Source: Bacillota bacterium (GTDB lineage Bacteria > Bacillota > Desulfitobacteriia > Desulfitobacteriales > Desulfitobacteriaceae). From it: a stretch of 58,704 nucleotides of DNA. Position numbers and translations under genes: made by a program. Position 1 is the stretch's first letter. The number at the start of each line of letters is the position of its first letter. The notes beneath the pieces were generated by a model. The model did not search any database and had not been told where the DNA came from. It was given only the letters and a program-made list of their open reading frames with translations. The stretch lies in assembly GCA_021811425.1 (NCBI GenBank), contig JAJZPA010000001.1, forward strand, positions 1 to 58,704, given 5' to 3'. Below, piece after piece: positions 37,350 through 46,642 of the stretch.

Positions 37350-37955
37350 ATGTCCATGTGGAAGAAGATGAAGGAACACATCCGGCAATACTGGGTTATT
37401 TACCTTAGCCTTGCTGGTTTTTATGTGGCCGGGATTGTCCTGGGGGCTGTGGGCGTCGGGGCTTTAAGCAACCCAGAGGCCGTTTTGCTCTCAAAATTTC
37501 TGGACCAACTTTTGACTAGTCAGCCGACCGGGCTTGAAAGCAGCTTTCTCCAAATCTTAGCACGGGATACGCTCATCATGATGGCGGGGATTTGGCTTTT
37601 GGGGTTAACGGTGATCGGGGCGCCCCTCATTTACCTCATCGTGCTCACACGTGGGTTTGTTCTCGGGTTTACCATTAGTTTCATCATCGGCGTTAAAGGA
37701 GTCTTAGGAATTGCTTTGGTTCTGGTGAGTGTGCTGCTTCCGGGGCTCGCGTCGATTCCCCTCCTTTTCCTGGGGGCAGGTTTAGCTACGATTTTTTCCT
37801 TCCTGCTCTTGCGGGGCAAGGCGAAAGGGGAATCCTTAAGGCAGGAGTTTTTTTACTATACGCTGGCCGCTGCTCTGGTTTCCCTGGGTTCGGCCGTCAC
37901 CGGAGCAGCCCAAGGGTATTTCTCCCTGCTTGGCATCCGTTTGCTGGGATTGTAA
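37350..37955 (+). CDS. spoIIM: stage II sporulation protein M
   Basis: 201-aa protein with about 5 TM segments. It sits in the position held by spoIIM (near xerD) in B. subtilis. The pattern ILARDTLIMMAGIWLLG...GFVLGF is typical of the family. Confidence 0.75.
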   Translation: MSMWKKMKEHIRQYWVIYLSLAGFYVAGIVLGAVGVGALSNPEAVLLSKFLDQLLTSQPTGLESSFLQILARDTLIMMAGIWLLGLTVIGAPLIYLIVLTRGFVLGFTISFIIGVKGVLGIALVLVSVLLPGLASIPLLFLGAGLATIFSFLLLRGKAKGESLRQEFFYYTLAAALVSLGSAVTGAAQGYFSLLGIRLLGL

Positions 37956-37978
37956 TGTAGCCGCCTTTGGCATGGGTA

Positions 37979-38194
37979 CTATTCATCCGGGAAACTATGA
38001 ATAACAAATTCGCTCCAAGGACTGCTTTCGACTCGCATGGGATTCCCCCTGGGCTTGCGGTTATCATGACCAAGGGAAGACATCCAGCCACCCCAAATCA
38101 GAGCCAGCTTCGGCAAAAGGAAAGCCAAGAGCGCCAGAAGTAAAAATATCCTACCCAAATAAAGGAAGAAGTCTCCCCAACTCTGTTTCTGCAT
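37979..38194 (-). CDS. hypothetical small single-TM protein
   Basis: ATG 38194 (MQKQSWGDFFLYLGRIFLLLALLAFLLPKLALIW...) lies 8 nt after GGAGGG. No recognisable family. Confidence 0.4.
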   Translation of the reverse strand: MQKQSWGDFFLYLGRIFLLLALLAFLLPKLALIWGGWMSSLGHDNRKPRGNPMRVESSPWSEFVIHSFPDE

Positions 38195-38345
38195 TCCTTT
38201 ACCCTCCATCCCTTATATCTATGCGCTTTCGGATTGTCCGTATTAGCTGCCACGATTAAAAAGTGATCTAATAGAATAATTTAAGAGGAATAATCTTGTC
38301 CGCGTAGAACATTTTCAAAAGAGAGGATGAGCGGGGGGAGCGCTG

Positions 38346-39233
38346 ATGACCATGGATGTGATGGGAGATTATTTGGCCTTTCTGCGGATTGAGAAAGGTC
38401 TATCTCCTAATACCTTGAAAGCCTATGAACGGGATCTGAGGCTCTTTGCTTCCTTTATTGCCCGTCGGAAACAAGATACCCTCAATTGTGAAGCGAATGA
38501 CCTCTTTCTTTTTATCTATGAGTCCAAACGGGCGGGCAAGGCGGCCAGAAGCGTGGCTCGCTATACGGCAACCTTACGCGGGTTTTTTGCTTTTCTTCTG
38601 GTGGAAGGTCTGCGTGTTGATGATCCTACGCTTTATTTGGATCCGCCGAAATTGGAGAAGTCCTTGCCGCGAGTTTTGTCCGAAGAGACGATGGACAAGC
38701 TATTAGAAGCGTCAGCCCAGGATGATCTAGGGGTGCGCAACCTAGCGATGATTGAAGTGCTCTATGGGAGCGGGCTGCGTGTGTCTGAACTGATCGGCCT
38801 GAGGATTGCGGATGTTTCTTTAGAAATCGGATATTTGCGCTGTTTGGGCAAGGGAGGCAAGGAACGCATCGTCCCCTTAGGCGAACCGGCGGCTGTGGCC
38901 TTGCAGCGTTATCTTAAGGGGCCACGCGAGCGCTTGCGGCGGAAGCTCTCCACCGACGCAATATTTCTCAACAGTAAGGGGCGAAAACTCACGCGCCAGG
39001 GGTTTTGGCTGATCCTCAAGGAGTGGGCCAAGGAGCACGGGGTTGAGGAGGATATCTACCCCCACATGCTCAGACACACGTTCGCGACGCATTTGGTCGA
39101 TCATGGGGCGGATTTGCGTTCCGTGCAGGAACTTCTCGGCCATGCGGATATTTCGACGACCCAGATCTATACGCACTTGAGTCGCAAAAAGATCCTGGAG
39201 GTTTTCCGAAAGGCCCACCCTCGTGCAGAGTAA
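38346..39233 (+). CDS. xerD: site-specific tyrosine recombinase XerD
   Basis: FLRIEKGLSPNTLKAYERDL...GLRVSELIGL...HMLRHTFATHLVDHGADLRSVQELLGHADISTTQIYTH (R-H-R-Y catalytic pattern). Confidence 0.92.
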   Translation: MTMDVMGDYLAFLRIEKGLSPNTLKAYERDLRLFASFIARRKQDTLNCEANDLFLFIYESKRAGKAARSVARYTATLRGFFAFLLVEGLRVDDPTLYLDPPKLEKSLPRVLSEETMDKLLEASAQDDLGVRNLAMIEVLYGSGLRVSELIGLRIADVSLEIGYLRCLGKGGKERIVPLGEPAAVALQRYLKGPRERLRRKLSTDAIFLNSKGRKLTRQGFWLILKEWAKEHGVEEDIYPHMLRHTFATHLVDHGADLRSVQELLGHADISTTQIYTHLSRKKILEVFRKAHPRAE

Positions 39234-39284
39234 CGGTTCAATGACGCAGATTCTATCATGAACTTAAGATGTGAGGGATGCATG

Positions 39285-40481
39285 ATGCAAACAAAAAAAC
39301 GAGCCATCGTTATCGTGCTCGACAGTGTAGGGATTGGGGCTCTTCCGGATGCCGCCAATTATGGTGATGTGGGGAGCAACACCCTGGGCCATATTGCCAA
39401 GCAACGGAGACTGAGCCTACCGTATCTTCAAAGGCTGGGTTTAGGAAATATTGCACCGCTTGAAGGGATAAAGCCGGAAGCCCGACCCATAGCCTGTTAT
39501 GGCCGGATGGCGGAACAATCCGTAGGCAAGGACACGACGACAGGGCACTGGGAGATGGCAGGTGTGATTCTCGACAAGCCATTTCCCACTTTTCCCAATG
39601 GCTTTCCAGCCGATTTTATGGACATGTATGAAGCCGCGATTGGCCGGAAGACGCTGGGCAATGTTGTGGCTTCCGGTACGGAAATTATCCAGCGCCTGGG
39701 GGACGAGCATGTGCGTACAGGCTTTCCGATCATCTATACGTCTGCCGATTCGGTCTTTCAAGTGGCCGCCCATGAAGAGGTGATTTCACTGGACGAGCTT
39801 ATGCGTCTTTGCAGTAGAGCACGGGAGATGTTGTCCGGAAAATTGGAAGTGGGACGGGTCATTGCCAGGCCATTTCGCGGGGAGACAGGGAATTATTGGC
39901 GCACCCCCAATCGGCATGATTTTGCCTTGCTTCCGCCGGGGCAGACTCTGCTCGATCGAGTTCAGGAAGCGGGGATGGCTGTGCGTGCTGTCGGTAAAAT
40001 TCGTGACATCTACGCAGGCCGGGGTGTTAGCCAGACGGCTCCGACCAAAGGCAACGGGGAAGGGATGAATAAGATTTTAGAATTCATGGACGATCTCAAT
40101 CCAGGTCTGATCATGGCAAACTTGGTGGATTTTGATATGCTCTATGGGCATCGTAATGATGTAGAAGGCTATGCTCAAGCGTTGGAGGAATTTGATGCCC
40201 GGCTACCCAAATTAATAGGAGCTTTGCGCGATGATGATGATCTCTTAGTCATCACGGCGGATCATGGCTGTGATCCGACGACCGCAAGTACGGATCATTC
40301 TCGGGAATATGTTCCCTTATTGGTGTACTGGCCGAAGCTTCAACAGGGGATTAATCTTGGAATTCGTCAGACGTTTGCCGATTTAGGAGCAACGGTGGCT
40401 GATTATTTGGGGGTTGGTTCGCTTGCTCACGGCAAAAGCTTTTGGCCAGATATTAGGAATGCGGAAGTTGGAGACAGATAG
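39285..40481 (+). CDS. deoB: phosphopentomutase
   Basis: [37 protein letters not shown]...TTGHWEMAG...TADHGCDPT. The start could be 39282, 39285 or 39258. Confidence 0.93.
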   Translation: MQTKKRAIVIVLDSVGIGALPDAANYGDVGSNTLGHIAKQRRLSLPYLQRLGLGNIAPLEGIKPEARPIACYGRMAEQSVGKDTTTGHWEMAGVILDKPFPTFPNGFPADFMDMYEAAIGRKTLGNVVASGTEIIQRLGDEHVRTGFPIIYTSADSVFQVAAHEEVISLDELMRLCSRAREMLSGKLEVGRVIARPFRGETGNYWRTPNRHDFALLPPGQTLLDRVQEAGMAVRAVGKIRDIYAGRGVSQTAPTKGNGEGMNKILEFMDDLNPGLIMANLVDFDMLYGHRNDVEGYAQALEEFDARLPKLIGALRDDDDLLVITADHGCDPTTASTDHSREYVPLLVYWPKLQQGINLGIRQTFADLGATVADYLGVGSLAHGKSFWPDIRNAEVGDR

Positions 40482-40497
40482 AAAGGAGTCTTTCGGA

Positions 40498-41328
40498 ATG
40501 CTGAACGAAAAGGAATATAACCAGAAGCTGGCAGAAGCCAGGCATTACCTGGGAGAACGATTGAATGCCATGCCCGAATTAGGGATCATTTTGGGCTCAG
40601 GGCTCGGCGGGTTTGCCCAACTCATCGAAAACCAGGTGGTCATTCCTTACCGGGAGATTCCTCATTTTCCGGTATCCACAGTGGTAGGGCATGCGGGCCA
40701 GCTTGTCTTTGGTCAGGTTCAGAGCAAGCGCGTCGTCGCCATGCAGGGGCGATTCCATTATTATGAGGGCTATAATATGGGTGAGGTCACCTTTCCGGTC
40801 AGGGTCATGCAGGTTCTGGGTGTCACCGGACTCATCGTGACCAATGCAGCGGGGGGGATCAATCCCTCCTATCGGCCTGGAGATTTAGTGCTGATCAAAG
40901 ATCATATCAACTTCATCGGGGATAATCCGCTCAGGGGAGAGAATCTCTCCAACTTAGGCCCGCGTTTTCCGGATTTAAGTGAAGGGTATGATTCGGAGTG
41001 GCGGCAAAAAGCCTTGCATGTGGCCCGCGAGATCGGGGTACATCCTCAGGAAGGGATTTATGCGGCTATGAGCGGTCCCAGCTATGAAACCCCGGCTGAG
41101 ATCCGTCATTTACGGGCCATTGGGGCCGACTTGGTCGGGATGTCTACGGTTCCTGAAGTGATCGTGGCTAATCACGGCGGCATGCGGGTGTTAGGGATCT
41201 CTTGTGTTACGAATATGGCTGCAGGGGTTCTGCCCCAGAAATTGAGCCATGCGGAAGTGATGGAGACTACAGAGCGGATTGAGCGGCAGTTCGTTCGCTT
41301 CATTCAGACGATTGTTGGAGTTATTTAG
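40498..41328 (+). CDS. punA: purine nucleoside phosphorylase (PNP-I, inosine/guanosine type)
   Basis: GIILGSGLGGFA...IPHFPVSTVVGHAGQLVFG...MQGRFHYYEGY...GPSYETPAE...GADLVGMSTVPE. ATG 40498 follows AAAGGAG. Confidence 0.92.
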   Translation: MLNEKEYNQKLAEARHYLGERLNAMPELGIILGSGLGGFAQLIENQVVIPYREIPHFPVSTVVGHAGQLVFGQVQSKRVVAMQGRFHYYEGYNMGEVTFPVRVMQVLGVTGLIVTNAAGGINPSYRPGDLVLIKDHINFIGDNPLRGENLSNLGPRFPDLSEGYDSEWRQKALHVAREIGVHPQEGIYAAMSGPSYETPAEIRHLRAIGADLVGMSTVPEVIVANHGGMRVLGISCVTNMAAGVLPQKLSHAEVMETTERIERQFVRFIQTIVGVI

Positions 41329-41362
41329 CACGCCTTGGCGAGCGGGAAGAGGTGGAACGAGA

Positions 41363-42625
41363 ATGCGGATGTTGGATTTGATCGAGAAAAAGCGCGACGG
41401 AGGCAGTCTATCAGAAAATGAAATTCGGTACCTCATCCGGGGTTATGTACAGGGAGAAATACCGGATTATCAGATGTCCGCTTGGGCTATGGCCGTCTTT
41501 TTTCGGGGGATGAACCGGGAAGAGATCACCGATCTGACCTTAGCCATGGCGGAAAGCGGGGAACAGTTGGATCTTACCGGCTTGGGCAAGGTGGTTGATA
41601 AGCATAGCACCGGCGGGGTGGGGGATAAGACCACGTTGGTGCTGGGCCCGCTCGTTGCCTCCTGCGGGGTGCCGGTGGCCAAGATGTCCGGGCGCGGGCT
41701 TGGGCATACCGGAGGCACCATCGACAAACTCGCGTCGATTCCCGGGTTTCAGGTGGAACTTGCGCAAGCCGAGTTTTTGGCACAGGTCAAACGCATCGGT
41801 TTAGCGGTAGTTGCCCAAACAGTAAACCTAGTACCGGCCGATAAGAAGCTCTATGCCCTCAGGGATGTCACGGCAACCGTGAATTCAATTCCCTTGATTG
41901 CCTCATCTGTGATGAGCAAGAAGATCGCGGCAGGGGCTCAAGGGATCGTCCTGGATGTAAAGTACGGCTCCGGAGCTTTTATGAAAAGCAAAGCCGATGC
42001 CCGCATCCTCGCGGATACGATGATCGAGATCGGAAAGTCCCTGGGCCGGGAGACAATTGCCGTGCTTTCCGCAATGAACCAACCGTTAGGGCGTGCTGTA
42101 GGGAATAGTCTAGAGGTGCTGGAGGCAATCCAGGCTCTACAGGGGAATGGTCCGGATGATTTGATGGACGTCTGTTTTGAATTGGGTGCTTGGATGCTCG
42201 TGGCCGGGGGTCAGGCCGCAGATGTAGAGGCCGGGAAAGTTCTGCTCACGGAGAGCCTTGCGAGCGGACGGGCCTGGGATAAGTTTCTGGAATTCGTCGC
42301 GGCCCAAGGCGGGGATACAGAGGCCGTGAGACAAGGCAAACTCCCCCTGGCACCGCTGCAAGCTACGGTTACCGCGAGGGAGTCCGGATATTTGGCTGAC
42401 ATGGATGCCCTGGAGGTGGGTGTGTTAGCGATGGCCCTTGGGGCCGGGCGGCAGACTAAAGAGAGCATCATTGATCCGGGGGCCGGGATCGTGCTTCAGA
42501 AGAAGTCGGGAGATTGGATAGAGGCCGATGAATCGGTTATGGTCCTATATAGCAGTGATCAGCAGAAGCTGGAAGAAGGGCTATCGAGGGCGCAAGGGGT
42601 TTATCACATCGCTCGGAGTCAATGA
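41363..42625 (+). CDS. pdp: pyrimidine-nucleoside (thymidine) phosphorylase
   Basis: MRMLDLIEKKRDGGSLSENEIRYLIRGYVQGEIPDYQMSAWAMAVFFRGM...DKHSTGGVGDKT...SGRGLGHTGGTIDKL. Confidence 0.93.
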   Translation: MRMLDLIEKKRDGGSLSENEIRYLIRGYVQGEIPDYQMSAWAMAVFFRGMNREEITDLTLAMAESGEQLDLTGLGKVVDKHSTGGVGDKTTLVLGPLVASCGVPVAKMSGRGLGHTGGTIDKLASIPGFQVELAQAEFLAQVKRIGLAVVAQTVNLVPADKKLYALRDVTATVNSIPLIASSVMSKKIAAGAQGIVLDVKYGSGAFMKSKADARILADTMIEIGKSLGRETIAVLSAMNQPLGRAVGNSLEVLEAIQALQGNGPDDLMDVCFELGAWMLVAGGQAADVEAGKVLLTESLASGRAWDKFLEFVAAQGGDTEAVRQGKLPLAPLQATVTARESGYLADMDALEVGVLAMALGAGRQTKESIIDPGAGIVLQKKSGDWIEADESVMVLYSSDQQKLEEGLSRAQGVYHIARSQ

Positions 42626-42633
42626 GTTCCGAG

Positions 42634-42936
42634 CTATCCGAGCTTGGCAATCCCCAATAAATAACGGTGTGGCCCAGGCACTCCAGGCGAAACAAAGGTC
42701 ACACGGTCTCCAGGCTTGACCCAGCCCTCCTCTAAAGCACAGGCACTGTGGTTGATAAAGACGGATTCGATTTTGTCCAGAGGCAGATCCAGCTTCTGGG
42801 CCAGATCGAAAGCAGAACATTCATGGTCAAGGTCGAAGTGGTAAGGAAAGGGCCAGCCCCTTTCCTTAAAAATTTGTCTTAAAAAGACCAAACCTCTTAC
42901 CTCTACAGTAAAGGCCTGATTTGATTCCTCCGTCAT
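42634..42936 (-). CDS. small beta-grasp (MoaD/ThiS/Ub-Mut7C-like) protein, uncertain
   Basis: 100 aa. The pattern ...DLAQKLDLPLDKIESVFINHSACALEEGWVKPGDRVTFVSP resembles ubiquitin-fold sulfur-carrier-like proteins, but the C-terminus is ...AKLG, not GG. Confidence 0.45.
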   Translation of the reverse strand: MTEESNQAFTVEVRGLVFLRQIFKERGWPFPYHFDLDHECSAFDLAQKLDLPLDKIESVFINHSACALEEGWVKPGDRVTFVSPGVPGPHRYLLGIAKLG

Positions 42937-43102
42937 GCGAAGAATCCCTCCTTCATGTTACACGTATAATGATTTGATTCGACCTTCGGTGAGCAGAACC
43001 CTTCTTTGAAGTTTATGGCGTGCACGAGTCTGACTCAGATGAGGTCTAATAAGAGACACTTTAGCGTATTCTCTTTACGAAAAGCGCTAAGGGAGTGGGA
43101 AA

Positions 43103-43594
43103 ATGGCTGAGAAAAAAGTTTATCCGCTGACTGAGAGCCTGGATACAGAACTTCGCTATGCTGTGTTGGGTCGGGCGGAAAAGTTCCGTAAAAAGAGGCA
43201 TGCCTACAAAGCCTGGAAGACACTTAAGGGTTTTGGCTGTACCGTGTATCCGGTGGCACCTGATTTAAAGCGATGCGAGAGCGCCAAGGTGTATCCTGAC
43301 CTTGTTTCACTTAAGGACAAAGTGGATGTTGTAATCCCTTGCCTGCTACCGCTAGAAATTCCGCGTCTCGTGGCAGAGTCAGTAGCCGTAGGCGCAAAGC
43401 AGATTTGGTTTCAGGAAAAGACCTGGACCCCTGAATTTCAGGAACAATGCGATGCGCTTGGCATCATCGCCGTGCGTGGCTGTGTCTTGCTCCATAAGAT
43501 TTACCCTAAACCGTTGGGATACTTGAACCCCTGCTATTGGCACGGCCTCAAGGCAGTAAAAGTGCCGGAAAAAGGCTTCAGGAACCGCCTTTAG
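43103..43594 (+). CDS. CoA-binding domain protein (YccU-like)
   Basis: YAVLGRAEKFRKKRHAYKAWKTLKGFGCTVYPVAP...VDVVIPCLLP...AKQIWFQE is typical of CoA_binding_2-type proteins. Confidence 0.65.
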   Translation: MAEKKVYPLTESLDTELRYAVLGRAEKFRKKRHAYKAWKTLKGFGCTVYPVAPDLKRCESAKVYPDLVSLKDKVDVVIPCLLPLEIPRLVAESVAVGAKQIWFQEKTWTPEFQEQCDALGIIAVRGCVLLHKIYPKPLGYLNPCYWHGLKAVKVPEKGFRNRL

Positions 43595-43600
43595 AACTGC

Positions 43601-43641
43601 AAAAAAAAACCTTCCCAGAATATCTGGAAAGGTTCCTGTTT
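43601..43641. terminator. bidirectional terminator between convergent CoA-binding and Zn-ribbon genes
   Basis: A9 tract, then AACCTTCCCAGA ATA TCTGGAAAGGTT (one mismatch), then CCTGTTT. Confidence 0.7.
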
Positions 43642-43651
43642 GCTCTAAAGC

Positions 43652-43957
43652 CTACCAGTTGCTGCGTTGACGCGGTTGGTAGCAATCACGGCAATAAACG
43701 GGCTTGTCACCTGTAGGTTGGAAAGGCACCATGGTTTCTTTACCACATGCGGAGCATACGGCCGGAAACATTTCGCGTTGTGGGCGGGAAGAGTATCCGC
43801 CATTGCCACGAGTTTGGGCCTTTCTGGCTGCCCGGCATTCGGGGCAGCGGCCAGGTTCATTAGTGAATCCTTTTTCTGCATAGAACTCTTGTTCAGAGGC
43901 AGAAAAAACGAATTCGCGGCCACAGTCTTTACAGGTCAGGGTTTTGTCGTTGAACAT
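43652..43957 (-). CDS. double zinc-ribbon protein of unknown function
   Basis: MFNDKTLTCKDCGREFVFSASEQEFYAEKGFTNEPGRCPECR...CSACGKETMVPFQPTGDKPVYCRDCY (four CxxC pairs). ATG 43957 is preceded by GGAGG. The ORF-track start 43996 is rejected. Confidence 0.7.
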   Translation of the reverse strand: MFNDKTLTCKDCGREFVFSASEQEFYAEKGFTNEPGRCPECRAARKAQTRGNGGYSSRPQREMFPAVCSACGKETMVPFQPTGDKPVYCRDCYQPRQRSNW

Positions 43958-44184
43958 TAAGAAAACCTCCAAGATTTTATTTACCCGCTGCAACAAGGGA
44001 GTTCATCAACTTCCCATGGCCAGAGGCTTTCGAGAAGGTTTGCGTATTCCACAAGAACTAACGAGCATATTCAGTATAACCCCTGAATGATCATCTGTCA
44101 ATTTCCCGCGATTACAAATATGTTAGCAATCGGATATTGATCCGTCAAACCCGCAATATGGGGAAACGGTGTGGGGAGCGGGGT

Positions 44185-44222
44185 ATCGGTTCAGGGTGTG
44201 AGAAATCGGTTTAGGGTGTGAG
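44185..44222 (+). repeat. two 18-nt direct repeats upstream of ldh
   Basis: ATCGGTTCAGGGTGTGAG (44185-44202) and ATCGGTTTAGGGTGTGAG (44205-44222), a 20-nt period. A further TGTGAGTTA copy lies at 44256-44264. TTAGGGT (44211-17) and ACCCTAA (44264-70) form an inverted pair. Confidence 0.8.
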
Positions 44223-44332
44223 TTAAGAACCTCAGCATGCGAATAAAAACTCTTCTGTGAGTTACCCTAAGAAGGTCGGGAATGGCGTCAATAGGCGACT
44301 TCAAAGCTAAGTGATAAAGGCGGGATTAGGGT

Positions 44333-45274
44333 ATGCATTCAGGAAAAGTCGTGATCATCGGAAGCGGATTCGTAGGTACGAGTATTGCCTATGCAATGCT
44401 CATCCGGGGAATTTGCACAGAACTCATCTTAATAGATGTTCAGCGGGCAAAAGCTGAAGGCGAGGCTATGGATTTGAGCCACGGCCTTCCCTTTATTCGT
44501 CCAGTGGCGATTCGAGCGGGGGGTTATGAGGATTGCCGGGAGGCCGAGGTGATCATCATCACGGCAGGAGCCAACCAAAAGCCGGGAGAGACGCGCCTGG
44601 ATTTAGCTCAGAAAAATGCTGCGATTCTGCGCTCGATTTTGGAGCAAATTGCCAGCTATACCCAAGAGGCGATCTTACTGATCGTGTCAAACCCAGTGGA
44701 TGTACTCACGAGCGTAGCGTGCGAGTATCCGGGTTTTGCGCCCGAACGTGTGCTTGGCTCAGGAACGGTGCTCGATACGGCCCGTTTTCGTTACCTTCTC
44801 AGCCGCCGCTGCGGGATCAATCCGGCCAGCATTCATGCTTATGTGGTGGGGGAACATGGGGATTCTGAAGTTCCACTCTTTAGTTCAGCGAGTGTGGCCG
44901 GGAGTCCGCTCAGCGCCCTGTGCAGAGAATGCGGGACTGCCTGTGATCTGGATTGGCGGCAGCAGGTTATCCAGGAAGTGAAAGGGGCAGCCTATGAAAT
45001 TATCGAACGCAAAGGTGCGACTTACTATGGGATTGGTTTGGCAACGACGCAGATCCTAAGGGCCATTCTCCGGGATGAGCAAACGGTGCTCACGGTTTCA
45101 GGACGGCTGGATGACCGCTACGCGGATCTTGGGGTCGCTTTGAGTGTCCCCTGTGTCATTGGGCGTGGAGGAATTATCCGTCGTCTGGAGATGCCCATGG
45201 ACCAAGAAGAAAAGGAACTTTTCTTGAATTCCAGCGCAACATTAAGGGAATCGTTGCGCTGTGCGTTAATCTAA
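44333..45274 (+). CDS. ldh: L-lactate dehydrogenase
   Basis: KVVIIGSGFVGTSIAYAM...DV...GEAMDL...ITAGANQKPGETRLDL...SNPVD...GTVLDTARFR...VGEHGDSEV. Confidence 0.92.
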   Translation: MHSGKVVIIGSGFVGTSIAYAMLIRGICTELILIDVQRAKAEGEAMDLSHGLPFIRPVAIRAGGYEDCREAEVIIITAGANQKPGETRLDLAQKNAAILRSILEQIASYTQEAILLIVSNPVDVLTSVACEYPGFAPERVLGSGTVLDTARFRYLLSRRCGINPASIHAYVVGEHGDSEVPLFSSASVAGSPLSALCRECGTACDLDWRQQVIQEVKGAAYEIIERKGATYYGIGLATTQILRAILRDEQTVLTVSGRLDDRYADLGVALSVPCVIGRGGIIRRLEMPMDQEEKELFLNSSATLRESLRCALI

Positions 45275-45354
45275 GAACTTTTGGCAAACGAGTTTGAATG
45301 ATTCAATAGATTTTCGATTTGCGGGAATACTAGGTTCAGACTATGTGAGGAGGG

Positions 45355-46509
45355 TTGAAGATGCGCAAAGGATTGATGATTGTTTTAGCATTAGTTCTGG
45401 CGTTGGGAAACCTGGGCGTTATCCAGGCTGCACCGGTTTTGGCGGCAGAAGTGGAGACGGCTGCGGAAAGTGCGATTTTAATGGATGCGGCAACAGGAAA
45501 TATCCTTTACGAGAAGGAATCGCATAAAGAGCTTCCTCCAGCCAGTGTGACCAAACTCATGACACTCCTGGTGGCAGCTGATGCCATTGCCCAAGGCCGG
45601 GTCAAGCTGACGGATAAAGTGACAGCCAGCGAAAACGCCTCCAAGCTGGGCGGCTCCCAAATTTACTTAGAGCCTGGGGAAACGTTCTCTTTGGAAGAGA
45701 TGCTTCTGGCAATCGCCGTTGGTTCGGCGAATGATGCTTGTGTCGCTGTGGCGGAACACATCAGCGGTACGCATGAAGCTTATGTGGAAGAAATGAATAA
45801 GAAGGCACAAGCGCTGGGTCTCAAAAATACGCATTTCGTGAATGCGTACGGGTTGCCGGCTGAGGGGCATTACACCAGTGCCTATGACCTCGCGCTGATG
45901 GGCCGGGCGGCACTGGAATACCCCTTGATTCGCAAACTGACAAGTGTGAAGGAATATGATTTACGCGACGGGAAGTTCAAACTTTGGAACACGAACAAGC
46001 TTCTCTGGTGGTACACAGGAACGGATGGGTTTAAGACCGGTTGGACGAATGAAGCTAAATATTGTTTAGCTTCAACGGTCGAACGGGATGGCTTGCGCCT
46101 CATCGCTGTGGTGATGGGCGTTCCCGAGCCACGAGGGCACTTTGCGGAGTCGATGAAGATTTATAACTGGGGTTTTGCCAAATATGCCTTCAAACAGTTT
46201 GCCCCAGCCCATCAAAAGCAAGGAGTTGTTAAGGTTTTAAAAGGGGTTCAGGATGATGTTACGGTCACGACAGCTAAACCATTAGGAGTCACCGTGGAGA
46301 AGGGAAAAGACAAGAACATCTGGGTTGAGACCAAGCTTAACCCGGAAGTCACCGCCCCGGTGCAAGCAGGGCAGAAGCTGGGGGAAATCCTACTTTACCG
46401 GGAAGACCAGTTACTGACACAAGTCGATCTCGTGGCCCAGGATGCGGTCGAGCGGGCGAAGCTCCAGCAACAAATCGGGAAAACCCTCAGAGGGGTATTC
46501 GGATTTTAG
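45355..46509 (+). CDS. dacF: D-alanyl-D-alanine carboxypeptidase (PBP5 family, DacF-like)
   Basis: Signal peptide. Motifs SVTKLMT (SxxK), GSANDA (SxN) and KTGWT (KTG). It is next to the spoIIA operon as in B. subtilis, but convergent with it here. Confidence 0.82.
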   Translation: MKMRKGLMIVLALVLALGNLGVIQAAPVLAAEVETAAESAILMDAATGNILYEKESHKELPPASVTKLMTLLVAADAIAQGRVKLTDKVTASENASKLGGSQIYLEPGETFSLEEMLLAIAVGSANDACVAVAEHISGTHEAYVEEMNKKAQALGLKNTHFVNAYGLPAEGHYTSAYDLALMGRAALEYPLIRKLTSVKEYDLRDGKFKLWNTNKLLWWYTGTDGFKTGWTNEAKYCLASTVERDGLRLIAVVMGVPEPRGHFAESMKIYNWGFAKYAFKQFAPAHQKQGVVKVLKGVQDDVTVTTAKPLGVTVEKGKDKNIWVETKLNPEVTAPVQAGQKLGEILLYREDQLLTQVDLVAQDAVERAKLQQQIGKTLRGVFGF

Positions 46510-46540
46510 ACCGAGCGCATCTCGGGGAGATACGCTCGGT
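46510..46540. other. hairpin in the dacF / sigF convergent intergenic region
   Basis: ACCGAGCGCATCTC GGG GAGATACGCTCGGT (one mismatch). No U-tract on either strand. Confidence 0.5.
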
Positions 46541-46604
46541 TAGAAGTCAACGTGTTTTAAAGAAACAATCATGAACTATCCGTTGACGGAGAGGCCGATC
46601 AGTT

Positions 46605-46642
46605 AGACAAAGCGAGACCGGAAATCCGACCTCGCTTTGTCT
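46605..46642. other. hairpin overlapping the sigF stop codon
   Basis: AGACAAAGCGAG ... CTCGCTTTGTCT, a 12-bp stem with an inner CGGA/TCCG stem. No clear U-tract. Confidence 0.5.

Noticed and set aside
43997-44332. Rex operator or riboswitch in the 336-nt ldh leader.
   Set aside because: There is no TGTGA-N6-TCACA palindrome and no riboswitch core I recognise. Only the direct repeats are reported separately.
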